Shown here piece after piece: positions 50,996 to 63,845 of a stretch of 64,000 nt of DNA (positions are counted from its first letter, which is position 1; every line of letters begins with the position of its first letter). A program made the translations under genes and the position numbers. Below the pieces are notes generated by a model, which was not told the DNA's origin, did no database searches, and saw only the letters and a list, made by a program, of their open reading frames with translations. Source of the stretch: Lama glama (Eukaryota); assembly GCA_028534125.1 (NCBI GenBank), contig CM052816.1, positions 31,994,001-32,058,000 of the forward strand, given 5' to 3'.

Positions 50996-53963
50996 CTGAA
51001 GAAGGACACAGGTCTGGAGTAGGTTGAAAAATCAACTCCAGAGGAGCCAGATCAGGCTACTGAGGCTAGGAACAGAATTACAGAAAAGATCAGACACTGA
51101 TGTGAAAGGAATAATGTCAGGAAAGGTGGGCTCTGGACATTATTTGGAGAGGAAATCACAAGAGCCAGCATGTCATCTGCTGTCTCTTAACTTCCTGCTG
51201 GGGACTAAGAGATGGACAATTTCCTTATAGATATTTTTCCTACAGAGTGGATAGTGGTCAGCATGGCTAGGGTGGAACCAAGTAACTGAGTAGGTTTCAC
51301 CTAGGCAAGGGAGGAGTAACAAAGAGAATGGAATGTCTATCCAATAACTTAAGCATTTCTGTTAAAAATAAACCCTTTAAAATAAAAGCAACAGACAAAA
51401 CACTAATTCCCAATAAGTGTATTAGGCAGATCAATTTAGTGCTCCTAGATTCGAGTTGGTATTGTCTCTATAGGAACATGAACATACTTTAAATGCTTCA
51501 TCTAATGCTGAATTTCCTAAATTTTTAAGGGCTTATTAAGCACATGCCTTGTGTTTAACATTGGAAATATAAAAACTATTCTTTTACCAATTTCTCTGGG
51601 AATTCTATTTTAATCTTTTTTCATGGAGACCTCAAAGGTGCTCTAGTAAACAGGTAAATACAGATTTTAAATCTGCTGCTTTAAAATGGATAGGCATGTG
51701 AGGATCAGATAAGGCCACAAGATTTAGGGGAAAGTCAGTGCAAGCAGGAAAGGCCTGAGGACTGTAGCATGATAAATAGCTTGAGCAGAATGTGAGCACA
51801 AGTAGCTGATGAAATTTTAAAAAAAGGAGGAGGAGAAGGAGAGAGTGCTAACATCTTGGTTGCATGCCCGACTGATAGGGAACCATGAGCCATATCAAAC
51901 AATGTTACCACGTATTTATAGCTTGCCTATCTGTGCTACCATATAAATAAAATAGTTGTGTTTTGCTGTATTTCAATATTTATTATATCCGATTCCCTTT
52001 TTTTTTCCCCATTAAAAATAGTGTTTGTCCTCTAAATGGCTTGATGTGCTAAAAAGGCATTTAGGATACATAGAGAACACAGGGAATGTGAAAGGAAAGG
52101 GAGCTCCTATACAGACAAGTGTGCCTGAAGCACAGACGTGCAGCTTAGAGAATAATTACAAAGTCCGTAACCACAGTGCCATCATCTTCCCAGGTCAAGG
52201 ACTTGAACTTCGCCAGGACCAGAAGTTCCCTCCATGTCCTTCTTCATCAACACCACATTCCCTCCCCTGAGCTCAGGAAGATACTATCTTAGATTCTTCT
52301 AAAAGCTTTATAGTTTTGCCTTTTCCATTTAGGATTATAATCACTGCTGAACAGATTTTTGCGTATGAGATGAGGTACAGATCCAACCTTTTTTTTCCCT
52401 TCCTTCCTTGCTTGGATACTCAATTGTCCCATTTTCACCATTTATTAAAAAGACTATCTCCAGTGTGCTGCAGATATCAATTACCTGTCTCTAGGCCCTG
52501 AATTTATATCCTGTTTTAAAGAGACACTTTAAAAGTTCATTAACTTAAGCCCCTGACTGCTCTAGTTCTCCGTTATTGAGCCTGTCCTATGTCTGAGTCT
52601 CTCTCTCTCTCAACCAGCCAATCTTCAGTTACTCTCCATAATAACCCTATTGGGATGCTCTGTTATCCTGAGGTGGTTCAGAGGTTAAGTGACTTGCCCA
52701 AGGTTGCCCATCCGGTTAGTTACAAAGCCAGCATTCCAAAGTCTGCAATACATTCTAGTCTGAAGCCCAAAACACCTTCCATAGTCATGGCCAGCGATCT
52801 TGTCTCTGACCATTTCAACCACAGTCTTTAAGGCATCCTGCCTAAAACCTTCCTTCCCTGGCCCATCCTACCATCCTAAACACAAAGCTTGCTGTGTCTG
52901 TCTGTCTGGAGACGTGTCTGCAGATTGGGTTGGAATTCTTTGCCTATTTAAAGAACCAAATATCAGCCAGCCACTCAGGCAGCCCAAGCCTCAGGCTCTC
53001 TGCCCTGTGCTCTTGCCAAGTGATCTTGGCTAGGTCTGGGGTTTTCCCAAAAGGGCTTGATACTTGACACTCACTCTTCAGCATAATTTTCAACCTGCGA
53101 TGCTTTCCTGAGCCCATACAGGTAGTTGACTGTGAAGCTTTCCCTTTGTGTGCAAAGAATGTTTCGTCATCAGCCCAGATTTACTCTTCTCAAAGGTATC
53201 AGTGAGGGATGCAGCCTGTGGGAACAGGAGAGCTGATTGGAGGACTGGAAATGGGTCCTTGCATTGACGTACATGTCTTGGGTTGCCAAGCAAGGGTGTA
53301 GTTTCAAAAGGGATAATTATCCAAGGTCGGTTTCAGAGCTGAAATCTGGTTTATCAAACAGAAAGGGTTAGGGGTAATGCTATTCACAATGAATTTGCTA
53401 AATCCTTGATCATGAAATATTCTCAGAATGTTGGCAATCACTTCTGGGTAACCCCACTTACACAATAGTTCCCAAAGCTGCCAGACACACTGGTATGAAA
53501 TGCTTAAGTAAGGTCAACAAACAATGTGGGAGTTCACTGCCTTTCTCTGAAATAACTTACTCTGAATATGAAAAATTTGGATACTCTCTCCTGCTACGAG
53601 AACACACGTCAGAGCATGGATGCTGATCCCTTGTCCCGTCCCTGTGGCATTGCCGTAGCTTAACACAGCCCCTGTGAGGTTGCGTGAGGGATGGATACAA
53701 CATACAGCTTTGTTGTTTAAATGCTTTACTTCTTTTTCCTAAGGCTCCTCATTTGAGATATGGTGGCTGAAGCATTTTGGAAAGAATAGTTCAGGGTTCA
53801 TCAGAGCCTATTCCAGGCCTGGTGGCCCCTTGCCACACATCTTTAGGTTTCCTGACAATCTGTCAACAACAAGATGACTTAGCTCTTAGCACAGGTGGTG
53901 ACTTCTGCTGGGAAATGAGGTAGACAATGCAAGGCTACTGCTTGGATGTGCAGTGACTTTTCC

Positions 53964-54110
53964 TTTTTTTTTCTTCCCTTTTTTGAGGGGGAGGGGGCGG
54001 TAATTAGGTTTATTTATTATTTTTTTTAAAGGGAGGTACTGGGGATTGAACCCAGAACCTCCTGCATACTGAGCATGTACTCTACCACTGAGCTATACCT
54101 CTCATCCCCC
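53964..54110 (-). mobile_element. tRNA-Ala-derived (camelid Vic-1-like) SINE
   Basis: GGAGGTACTGGGGATTGAACCCAGAACCTCCTGCATACTGAGCATGTACTCTACCACTGAGCTATACC, with the GGTAATTAGGTTTATTTA tail seen in this family. Confidence 0.9.
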
Positions 54111-54245
54111 CAACTCCTTTTTTAAAGTTAAGACTCAGAAAGATCCTAGTTTTCTCGAGGCATGGAATGTACCTACACTTACTGACCTTTTGTGCTACCA
54201 GATTCTTCATTACCAGTCTGTAACATGAGGATGCTTTTGACACAT

Positions 54246-54368
54246 CTCTTTTCACCCTCCACATTTAAGAATATTTGTTTCATCAGCGGCTGTCACTACT
54301 ATCTGCCTGGGCTCAAAGAATGATCTCAGATGATTATGTAAGTACTGGATGTATCTCTAAGAAGGAAT
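54246..54368 (+). repeat. 123-bp dispersed direct repeat, copy 1
   Basis: Identical to 55573-55695 except at one base (54256 C vs 55583 T). Confidence 0.95.
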
Positions 54369-55275
54369 GATATAGACCCCCTCATGGCAAAACCCTAAAC
54401 TGCAGTGAGGCCTCCTCTTCAAAATAGCTTCAAGCTAAGTGTTTATTTCAGAATCTCCTGGCAATAGAGAAAGCTAGAGAATAAGGAAAGAATTTTCAGT
54501 CAATTTAATGTGTTCTTAACTTACGTCCAGCTAGTTTCAGGCAAAGATCTTTCTCAAAGTCTGAATTTTTGCTGTGAGTCCCCAAAATTGTAGACACAGA
54601 TTGGTTCACAGTAAATAGGGCTCAGGAAAATCAGTGAAAACCAGTAATATTATCTTTTGGAAGTGATCTTCAATATATAGTGTCTACATTTATAGAGGCG
54701 GTAAGAAACTGGCATTGGTTAGAAAATCTCAGAGAATGCAAGTTATAGACAGACAGCTGCTAAGGTGCTCCTCTCTCTTGTTGGCTGTTTCAGGGCGTGG
54801 GAGAGGAGAGTCCTACTCTTATGCTCGTACTTCCAAATAAAAATCTTTCTGGGATCATCAGGAAATGAGAGAAAGAGAAACTCTCTAATGTATTCTAAGA
54901 TAAATCAAAAGGCAATGTCTGGAAACCAGATTTAGGTGGTTAGGACGGCTGATGCTGCTTCCCTCTGCCCCCGGGTCTGTGCTAGCTGAAACATGAAGCA
55001 AGGTGGAAGCCAAAGAACAGTGCACAAAGCCAAGACTAGGCTGGTCGAGATGTAAAGCCAGACGGCGGCTTCCATCTCCACCTCAGCCCACCCACCCTTT
55101 ACCATTTGCAAGCCCTTTTGAGATGTCTCTCTCTGGCTTCTCAGAGTAGACTTAGGGTTGGTACCCTCAGGATAAGTGCTGTCCTTCTGTGTGCCTGCAT
55201 TCTTCTGGCCAAACATGTCATGAGGCTGTGAGGCGTATCGTGAACGTTTCAGTTAAGCCTGCCTTGGAACCTGGG

Positions 55276-55420
55276 GTTTTTGTTTGTTTGGTGAGTGGGT
55301 GGGTGGGTGGGTTGGTTGGTTTTGGTTTTGGTTTTGGTTTTTTAATGGAGGTACTGGTGATTGAACCCAGGACCTCATTCACGCTAAGCATGCGCTCTAC
55401 CACTGAACTATTTCCCTCCC
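55276..55420 (-). mobile_element. tRNA-Ala-derived (camelid Vic-1-like) SINE with a microsatellite-converted tail
   Basis: GGAGGTACTGGTGATTGAACCCAGGACCTCATTCACGCTAAGCATGCGCTCTACCACTGAACTA; flanks GAACCTGGGGTTTT and GAACTTGGGTTTT. Confidence 0.9.
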
Positions 55421-55489
55421 TGTTGAACTTGGGTTTTAATCAGTAAGACTGAAGGGACAAGGAAATCCCAGGAAGTGGTATTTGTATAT

Positions 55490-55940
55490 AATAATAATCT
55501 AGTGCTTTCCAGTTTACAACTGTTTCCACATCTCAGATGGCAGTGACTCTGGTCACAATTGGTTATACTCAACTCTTTTCACTCTCCACATTTAAGAATA
55601 TTTGTTTCATCAGCGGCTGTCACTACTATCTGCCTGGGCTCAAAGAATGATCTCAGATGATTATGTAAGTACTGGATGTATCTCTAAGAAGGAATCACAT
55701 CCTGACACTGAATAGGACCCTACATTTACTGATTTATGAACAAAGAAACTGATCATCTCACTCAACATCATAATCAGCCACCGAAGTAGCCAGGGCTATT
55801 GTCATCCACTCTCATTCACAGATGAGGAAACTGAGTCTCAAAGAGAGTAAGTGCTTTCCCCTAGAACTTAGGCTGCTGGATTATTGCACTGGAGCCATAA
55901 TTCAGTTACTTTATTCTGAACCCAGTGTTCCTCCTACTAG
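55490..55940 (-). mobile_element. MIR interrupted by an L2 tail fragment (55536-55753)
   Basis: AGTGCTTTCCAGTTTACA... resumes as ...CATTCACAGATGAGGAAACTGAGTCTCAAAGAG; CATCTCA occurs on both sides of the interruption. Confidence 0.65.
55573..55695 (+). repeat. 123-bp dispersed direct repeat, copy 2
   Basis: See copy 1; offset 1327 bp. Confidence 0.95.
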
Positions 55941-57589
55941 ACCAAAGAAAAAGAAATGGAGAAGAAGGAGGCCAAGGTAATCTGAGCCAGACCTCTAGAG
56001 GAATGAATACGTTTCTAATTTTCTGTTGTAAGGAGGTTGGGATTTCATCTAGAGCATGAATCCAGTAAGGGTCTAGAGAGGTCAGCTGGAGGGGCTTCAG
56101 AGAGAGAGGCTTCTTAGGGCTTGATCAGAAAGCCAGCAATTGGTTTGGAAGGAATGATATTAAGAAACAGAATAGCTGTAAAAATTGAAAGCAGAATTTG
56201 GGATGAAAGGTCTCACAAGGCAAGGGATGGAGGTGGTGCCTAGGGGTTACAATATGCAAGGCTAAGAGGGAGGATAGGCCTAGGGACTTGGGGGAATTCT
56301 AAGGGTCAGAAGCTAAGATGCTTTGAAAAGAACTACAGTTGAGCTAGAACAAATGCTGCAAACCAAGAAGTAGAACAACTGAGACTTACAGAGAACATGT
56401 ACCATCTTTAATCAGTGTGTCCTGTACAGCCATGATGCCTAGTAATGTGCTCTGTGTTCCCTCCCCACCCTCACTCCTTCTCCTGGGAATTCTAGAAAAG
56501 GTAAAGGATTACAGCCTACAGTTGCTCTTGAGAGAATGACAATAAAGGCCTTCTTAGCTCCTGAAAGGTGGGCTTGAGATTCTTCACACTTTTTTATCCT
56601 CCATCTCACCCCTAAACACCTCTTGCAGATTTCAGAAAAGGAGATTTTCTATATCCCCAATCCAGAAGCATGAAATGGCAAGATGACTGGAAGAAAGCTA
56701 GGAGACATAGGTGGAGTTCCTGGCTTTGCCAATAACTGTCTGACTTTAGACAAGTCATTCATACTTCCTGGGTTTCACTATCACCATTTGGAAGTGAAAA
56801 GATTAAATAGATTCTGTGTTGTAGGAGGTCCCTGAATCTAACAATCTATAAAACAAACTATAGAATCAGATGCAACATCTATAAAGCATTTTGCTTCTTT
56901 AGAGATGGGGTTTTCAGAGACTGTACTCCATGTAAGATACTCAAGTCAGGCTGGCATCCAAGTCCAGATTCATTATACTGGTGATTTATTAGGCTTACCT
57001 AATTACTACTCTTACGTGAAAACAAACGAGCCAATTTCTGTTAATTTAGCCTTCCTAGGAAAAAAAAGTTGAATTTTAATCATTTACAAAGTATCAAACT
57101 AAGAATGAATGAGAGATTGAAAACATCAGAATCAAAAACTTTTATTTTTGCTTCAATAAAGATGATAGAATATTTCCTTAAGTTATTAGTGTACAGTCTA
57201 TAGGGATGCATTTAAAGAGCAGATGAATGCATGTGGCATGTCCATGCAGTGACACTTGGAAAGGACAGGAGCATTTCCAAAGAATGATAAATACTTCAAA
57301 AGAATAGACTTGGAGAGGAGGGGAGACTAGGAGAGAGATACTTATCTGAAGATGACATAATCTTAAATGCATGACTCACACTTGCTTTCACTAAGCAAAG
57401 TTTCTGAGTGGAAAATATGGCCAAAGAGGTTGTTAACATTCCCTTGAAGAATTATCACCTGAGGGCAACTGTTAATCAGATACCAACACCTCTGCAGGTT
57501 GAGAAGAGACAGGCTCCATGCAGGATGAGACTGGGTTTTTTTTTAGAGTGTTCTCCAACATGCTTTCCTTGTTATATTTGCTTTACTAG

Positions 57590-57820
57590 AAGGACAGTGT
57601 GTGCAGTGGTTAGGACCATGGGTTCTGAAGTCAGACTACTTGTGATGTATCATTCAGTAGCTGAGTGACCTTGAGCAAGTTACTTAATATCTTGCCTCAA
57701 TAAAGTTATCTCTAAAATAGAATTTTAATAGAATCTCAGAGAGTTGTTGTAAAATGTAAAAGAGAGAATACATGGTTTGAAAGAAAGTCTGTTGAGTGCA
57801 TCTAGAGTAGCATACTGTGT
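57590..57820 (+). mobile_element. MIR SINE
   Basis: GCAGTGGTTAGGACCATGGGTTCTGAAGTCAGAC...AGCTGAGTGACCTTGAGCAAGTTACTTAA. Confidence 0.85.
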
Positions 57821-59277
57821 TACTCAGGATGACTGTCCCTGTTGTTACACTGTATTGATTTGGAATAACTGGTGCGCCCAGGTGGAGGTGAGCAGTAGGT
57901 ATCTGATTAGGAGTCATGATTGTGCAGTGGCTGAGTAACGATGACTGTTGACACTGGCTGTTCTGAAAAGACCAAAGTTTGGGCATAAGGGTCCTACTTC
58001 TTCTTAACCACACTTAAGTCATTGTACATAATCAACAGTTGACTATATCTTGGTTTTCATTCTATTTGGGAATTATCTTTGACCTCCTCTCCGTAATGAG
58101 AAAGGAGAGTTGACTAAGTATAATTTTATAATGGTCAGTTAAATGACCTGAGATATGAAGGTGACATGTGTTCTGCCAATTCTCTTAGAGGTACTGGGAA
58201 TTGGATTAGAAGTGAATGATCATGAAACTAGCAGCTATTGTAATTCAGATGCAGTTCACTCTAGAAAAAGGATATTCCAACCTCCTTCCATACTTAGTTA
58301 GTTCTTTATAGATTTTTGACTCAAACAAGATAAACTTTGCCAATAATATAGCACCACCATATGTTTGCAGTGAGGGAAACACTATTTGGGGACAAATGGA
58401 CTCAAGAGACCATGTTTCAGTACCTATCAATATTACCAAGAGGGAGTCAGACATTCCTTACATAGTATCTTCTCTTTATATTTTTTAGATTAAATAGATC
58501 CACTGATCTTTAGAATGTTTCTAATTTGAACCCTATGTAAATAGAAGGAGAGAACTGAGTTGGGTATATTAAAGTAGCAGAGCATATTTAATTGAACATA
58601 TGCCCATTTCTTTATTCATCTTTCTGAAAAGGTGGAACAGCCTCTGTTCTTTGTCTTTTCCTTTCCTACATCCTGGTGACTTTGATAACCATAATTCAAA
58701 CCACCACCACTAGAACAAAGTTTAAGATTTGTTGTGTCTGGTTGGAAAACAATGAAGGGTTCTGATGTCATTCTTCTAATAAATAACATTTGTGGTGTTT
58801 TGTTTCATGAATTAATTTCTTACTTGAACAAATATTGCTTCTTAGAACCCAGTAATTATGCACACAAACTCTAATCCATTTCTTTAGTTCAAACCCAGGA
58901 ACTAAAATTTGTTTGCAAAACTTCTTTAATCTTGACTGAGTAGCACAATTTAATTTTGTATGTACTAAGAAGAGATGTGGGAGAGGGCAAGGATGGAAAT
59001 GAGGGATGCGAAGCTACAAACTCTGTGTAGCAGTGGACATTTCTTTTGGGTTATGACTTTAATAATCCTACACTTGACTAAAAGGGCGAGAAAGAAAACA
59101 AAGTTGATGGTTCTGAGGTCTGTTTTTTCCTGAATTTTAGCAATTACTTTAGCTCTTGAAATTGGAGTCATCACATTCACTTTTGCCATTTTATCCTTAA
59201 AGTCACAGACTGAAAATGCTTATTGTATTCATCCACAGATGTTTGAATCAGTGGTATTAAGTGGATAGTAGATGGTT

Positions 59278-59757
59278 CTATGAGTTAGGATTAGGATCAG
59301 CAATATAAAACAGAAAATCTCAAAATGACAGTGGCCTAAACAAGATAGATGTATCTTATTTCTCTCACACACAAGGAGCACAAAAGTAGGTACTCAAGAG
59401 CTGATGAGGTGGCTCTGCAGAGTCATTAGGACCCCAGGCTCCTTCCAGGTCTCTGTAACACCATCCCTCTGATGTGACCCTTGTTTGTGAGAGCCCCAAA
59501 AGTCTTTTAATTACATCGATGGACCAGACAGCAAAATGGAGAAGACTCTTCTAAGGGATTTCTTTTCCCAAACTTCACTTAACAATTACACTTACATTTT
59601 ACTGGCTGAAAGTTAATGACATAGCCAAAGTTGGCTCCAGGAAAGGCTGAGAAATGTGCCTTTAGCTGGGCATCAATGTACCCAGCTAAAAATTTGGTTT
59701 CCTATGGCCAAGAAGGAGAAAACAGGTAATGGGAAGTGACCAGCCATTTCTGTGCAG
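59278..59757 (-). mobile_element. MLT1J-like MaLR LTR
   Basis: AACAGAAAATCTCAAAATGACAGTGGCCTAAACAAGATAG...GGACCCCAGGCTCCTTCCA...AGGCTGAGAAATGTG...CCCAGCTAAAAATT. Confidence 0.75.
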
Positions 59758-61329
59758 AATACTGCAGTAAATTCATTCTCAAGGGCAATGGTAGAGAGAA
59801 GTTGAAAAGATTCTGTGAAATAATGCTATACTTTGAGGAACCTATGTTTGTGTTCCCTAAGTTTTCTACTTCTATGCCTAATGCATATCATATATGCAGG
59901 TTACCAGGTTATATTATCAAATTCGTGTATTGATAACATGGGACTTGCAAAAATGATCACAGAAAGTGAAGGACATACGAGAATTAAGTCAAGATGTTAG
60001 ACTTACTACTGGTCCAAGACCACCTATCTGATGACAGAAGTTACATGCCATAATACTGTGGGCATTATGTACATACAACCACATTTCAGAGTCCACTACA
60101 AAGAAAAGATAAGTGTAGATGCAAGGGAAAGGTAATTCTAGGCGCAGGGGAGACCCCTGCACTTAACAAATCAAATAGATAGCTCTAGAACTTGTACTCA
60201 GTTCATGGAAAAAGCCTATTTTCTAGATGGAAGCTAATACTTAGAATAACACCTCTGTGAAAAGCAATTTTGCAGAATCCTATGATAAAAGCCAGTCTAC
60301 ACTGACGAGACACAGAGCAAAAGTGTAGATGAAGGTAGAATTCAGGAGGAAAGGCCGGTGGAGTGAGAGTGCTGAGGGTCTGGCTGAGAGAAGTTTCCAG
60401 GCAAGAAGCCAAGTGGAGGACTCACACTGGCTGAGCGCTCTGCCAGCAACTTCTCTCCGCACAAAGTTAGTTTCCAACATCTCTCAAGGTTTAGCAGAAA
60501 AAGTGTGCAATCTATTCACCTGTTGCTCCAGAAATAGTTAAAGCAAGGATCAGAGCCACACCTATCAGTCCATTAAAGCCAAATAATGAAAATTTAAATA
60601 GAAACAAAGACCAGAATCATAGACATTCACTTGCACATCACAGATAGGACACCTCTCTTGGGGTCTTTCGTTCTCTGCTCCAGCTGTAAGGGAATCCCAG
60701 GTCAGGTCCACACCACATGGTGCTGACAGTGGTCCAGGGGCCCTAAATGACCTGAGTTTTCTCAGGGGTCCCTGTGAAAAATGCAACCTTATTGACTTTA
60801 CCATTTTATTTAGTCTCACTCCAGGGGATGGATTTGTCTTTCTCACTGACCTGAGACAACCCCTTTGCAGCTGTGGTCTTGAGAAAATCCGCCTTAAGCC
60901 CTTTGGCGAAGACAGAAATGGAATCATGAAAGAATCAGAAGAGTTCCCTCGCCTGAGAACCCAGAGTCCCCTCAGATGGTTGAGTGGAAGCCAAGTGAGG
61001 AGAATGAGGGATCAGTGCTTGTCCTCAGATCTGAGCCACCCTGAAGCCCAACCCAGCAGCATTAATCCCCATGTACAAAGAGAACGTTATTGAAATTTAG
61101 ACCAAATGTATTATTAACACTGACATAGGAGGCTGACCCCCTCCCCGTACCCAACTCTACCTCTGGATCTCAGTCTCTTCCAATACAGTTTCTGGTTTCC
61201 TTGGCTTTGTCCTATTCTAATAATACATCCAGGCATGATTAAAGAGGCTTGATATAACACACCTCATAAACCATCTGCATATGGCTGGCCAAAGACAGTC
61301 CCTGCCCATTCTCTTGTTTCCCTTTGCAG

Positions 61330-61398
61330 ATTTCACCAAGTTGTATCTGGAACACATACAAGTAGATGGAAGCCACCAGCAAGCTACAGCAGAGACTA
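61330..61398 (+). other. Candidate 69-nt plus-strand exon (frame-preserving)
   Basis: Acceptor TTCTCTTGTTTCCCTTTGCAG|A and donor CTA|GTGAGT; the phase 1-1 frame is open (FTKLYLEHIQVDGSHQQATAET). The peptide is not recognised. Confidence 0.2.
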
Positions 61399-61529
61399 GT
61401 GAGTGGAGATGTTCTCAGCTGTGAAGGTCTGTGAGGCTGTATTCTTCTAGCCCTCTACTCATAAAAAGCCACAGAGATTCATAAAGGCAGACAGGCCAGG
61501 CTTTTCAAGCTTTTTATGGATAATCATAA

Positions 61530-61925
61530 TATTCATTTGTTCAGTTACCATCTATTGATGTCCCTATTAATCAGGCAGTAAACTAGCAACTAGGGGTACA
61601 ATGGTGAACAAGACAAATTGACTCTCCCATCCTGGAACTTACATTCGCATGCAGGAAACAAATTTTGAACCAAATTCACAAGTAATTAACTACAGGTATG
61701 TTAAATTGCTACAAAGACATACCCAGTTTTACAGAGTATATCATAAGGACACTGACCCAATCTATGGTTCAGGAAAGGCTTCCCTGGGGTTGTGTGGTTG
61801 TATAATGAAGTTTAAGGGGATATCTGAAGGATGAACAGGAGGTAATTAGCAAAGATGGTGCTCCTGGCAGAGGGAAATGCAGGAGAAAGGCCCTAAGGAA
61901 GAGGAGGAAACATGGCAAAGAAAAA
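61530..61925 (-). mobile_element. L2 3' end
   Basis: TTCATTTGTTCAG...GGGGTACAATGGTGAACAAGACA...TCAGGAAAGGCTTCCCTG...TCTGAAGGATGAACAGG. Confidence 0.7.
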
Positions 61926-61994
61926 GAAAAATGTAGTGTGTGTGTATGTATATAAGGTGTGCGTATGTATATACAGGAATATATGGAATTGGAA

Positions 61995-62533
61995 TAAATG
62001 AAATATTATTCAGCTATAAAGAAGAAGGAAATTCTGCCATTTGTGACAACATCAAAAGACCCTGAGAGCATTATGTTAAGTGAAATAAGTCAGACAGAAA
62101 AAGACAAATACAGTATGATCTCCCTTATATGTGGAATCTAAAAAAAAACCCCAAGACAACAAACTCATAAATACAGTGAACAGATTGGTGGTTGTCAGAG
62201 GTAAGGGGGTAGGGGTGAATGAAATGGGTGAAGGTAGTCAAAGGGTACAAACTTCTAGTTGTAAGGTAAATAACTCTGGGGATATAACTCCTAGGGATAC
62301 AGCATGGTGACTATAGTTAGCAATACTGTATTACATATTTGAAAGTTGCTAAGAGGGTACATCTTAAAAGTTCTCACCACAAGAAAAAAAAATGTGTAAC
62401 TATGTGTGGTAACAGATGTTAACCAAACTTACTGTGATGATCATTTTGCACTATATACATACAACAAACCATTATGTTGTACAACTGAAATTAATACAAT
62501 CTTATATGTCAATTATATCTCAATTAAAAAAAA
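61995..62533 (+). mobile_element. L1MA9-like 3' end
   Basis: GAAGGAAATTCTGCCATTTGTGACAACAT...CATTATGTTAAGTGAAATAAGTCAGACAGAAAAAGACAAATAC...TACAGCATGGTGACTATAG...TCAATTATATCTCAATTAAAAAAAA. Confidence 0.85.
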
Positions 62534-63439
62534 GGAGAAAGAAAGAAAAGAAAGAAAGGGAGGAAGGAAGAGAACGAGGGAGGGAGGGTGGGCGAGAGAG
62601 ACAGTGAGTGATTCTGGAGCAGTGAGCAGTGAGCCTCCCTACATGAGCCAGATGGGGCTGGCATGCTGTCTTAAGGATTTCCACATAACATGGATAAAGA
62701 GAAGCTTGTAAAAGCTTCAAGGTAGGGAAAAGAAAACTAAATGTGCATTCTCTTCTTGTCTCTTGTTTCTTACCTCCTGATCTGACATCTGTAGCCAATG
62801 AGCTTCAAATTTTAAGGCAAACTAAGAAAAATCAAGCTGACCTTCAAGCTTTGTGCAAAACTAAACTTTTATTTGAGATGACTACAAAGAAAATGCTCAG
62901 AAATATAAAAACTAATGTTTTCACCTGATTGAATACATTTATAACTCAGTAGATTTGGCCCTGGCACTTGAACTTAGTTACCTCTAAAAACATGTGCAGA
63001 TATTTCAACCTCCTGATTTATATGCATTCATAGTTTTCTACAGAAAGCAACAAATACATGCCAATTTTGAGTAGTAAAAGGAAAACATGTTCCCTTGAAT
63101 CAAGAAGTAACTTTATTAGGCATATAAGAACTCATTAATGGAAAAATAAAGCATCCTACTTTGCTGTTAAATTGGATATCATGTTGAAAGAGAAGTTTAA
63201 AACGTGGAATCCAGCCACAGCCATGAGCATAAGGTGAAAAGAGAATGTACCACAGACAAAGGTTCTTGACTATCAATTAATTCATTTAAAAGTTCCTCAA
63301 TCTGTTCTTCCTGAAAATGTAAGCAATTGAGACTTAATGAGTTTGTACCTTTTTTTTTTCCAACTCGCATTTATCCAGAATGTTTAGGAGGTAAGGTTGT
63401 TTAGCTTATATGACAGCGACTTATAATCCGCAAACACAC

Positions 63440-63845
63440 TTCCTCCTCCTCCTGGTACACAGCTAGAATACACTCTCAGCCACTGTCAGGTGTGTTCCAC
63501 AAAAGGTTAGTGGGATTAGTGTCAGCTATTTCTAGGGCTGGCTCATAAAACTTTCCAACAGCCCATCCTCTGTGCTCTTTTATCCTTCATCAACTTCATG
63601 AAAATAAGCACAGTGCCCTTGGAAATTACATAATGAAGATGGTGGAGCCATAAGACAGAGAGAGCCCAGGTCCCTACATCAAGACTTGGAGAAAAGCAGC
63701 CTACCAATCATAGCTCAGAGGTCTGACTTTGGGTTTACTTTTTATGTCTGGTACATGGCAATTTTCTGAGCTCTGCTGTGAGTTAGAATTTTTATACTCT
63801 ACTTTGTTCAGCATTTCTATGTAACTGCAGTAGCAGAACATTAGA
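63440..63845 (+). mobile_element. MLT1-family LTR remnant
   Basis: TCTAGGGCTGGCTCATAAAAC...GAAGATGGTGGAGCCATAAGA...GAGCCCAGGTCCC. Confidence 0.55.

Noticed and set aside
55347..55420. tRNA-Ala gene (also 54031-54100)
   Set aside because: Substitutions break the stems, and the copies carry SINE tails or TSD-like flanks, so they are retroposed SINEs.
62530..62600. Basic K/R/E-rich peptide in ORFs 62406-62711 and 62416-62607
   Set aside because: It is the translation of a GA-rich simple repeat extending from an L1 poly-A tail.
3..62928. Short ORFs in the supplied six-frame track
   Set aside because: All are 60-139 aa, many start at non-ATG codons, many lie in decayed repeats or low-complexity DNA, and none resembles a protein family I recognise. 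This is the expected background in mammalian non-coding DNA.
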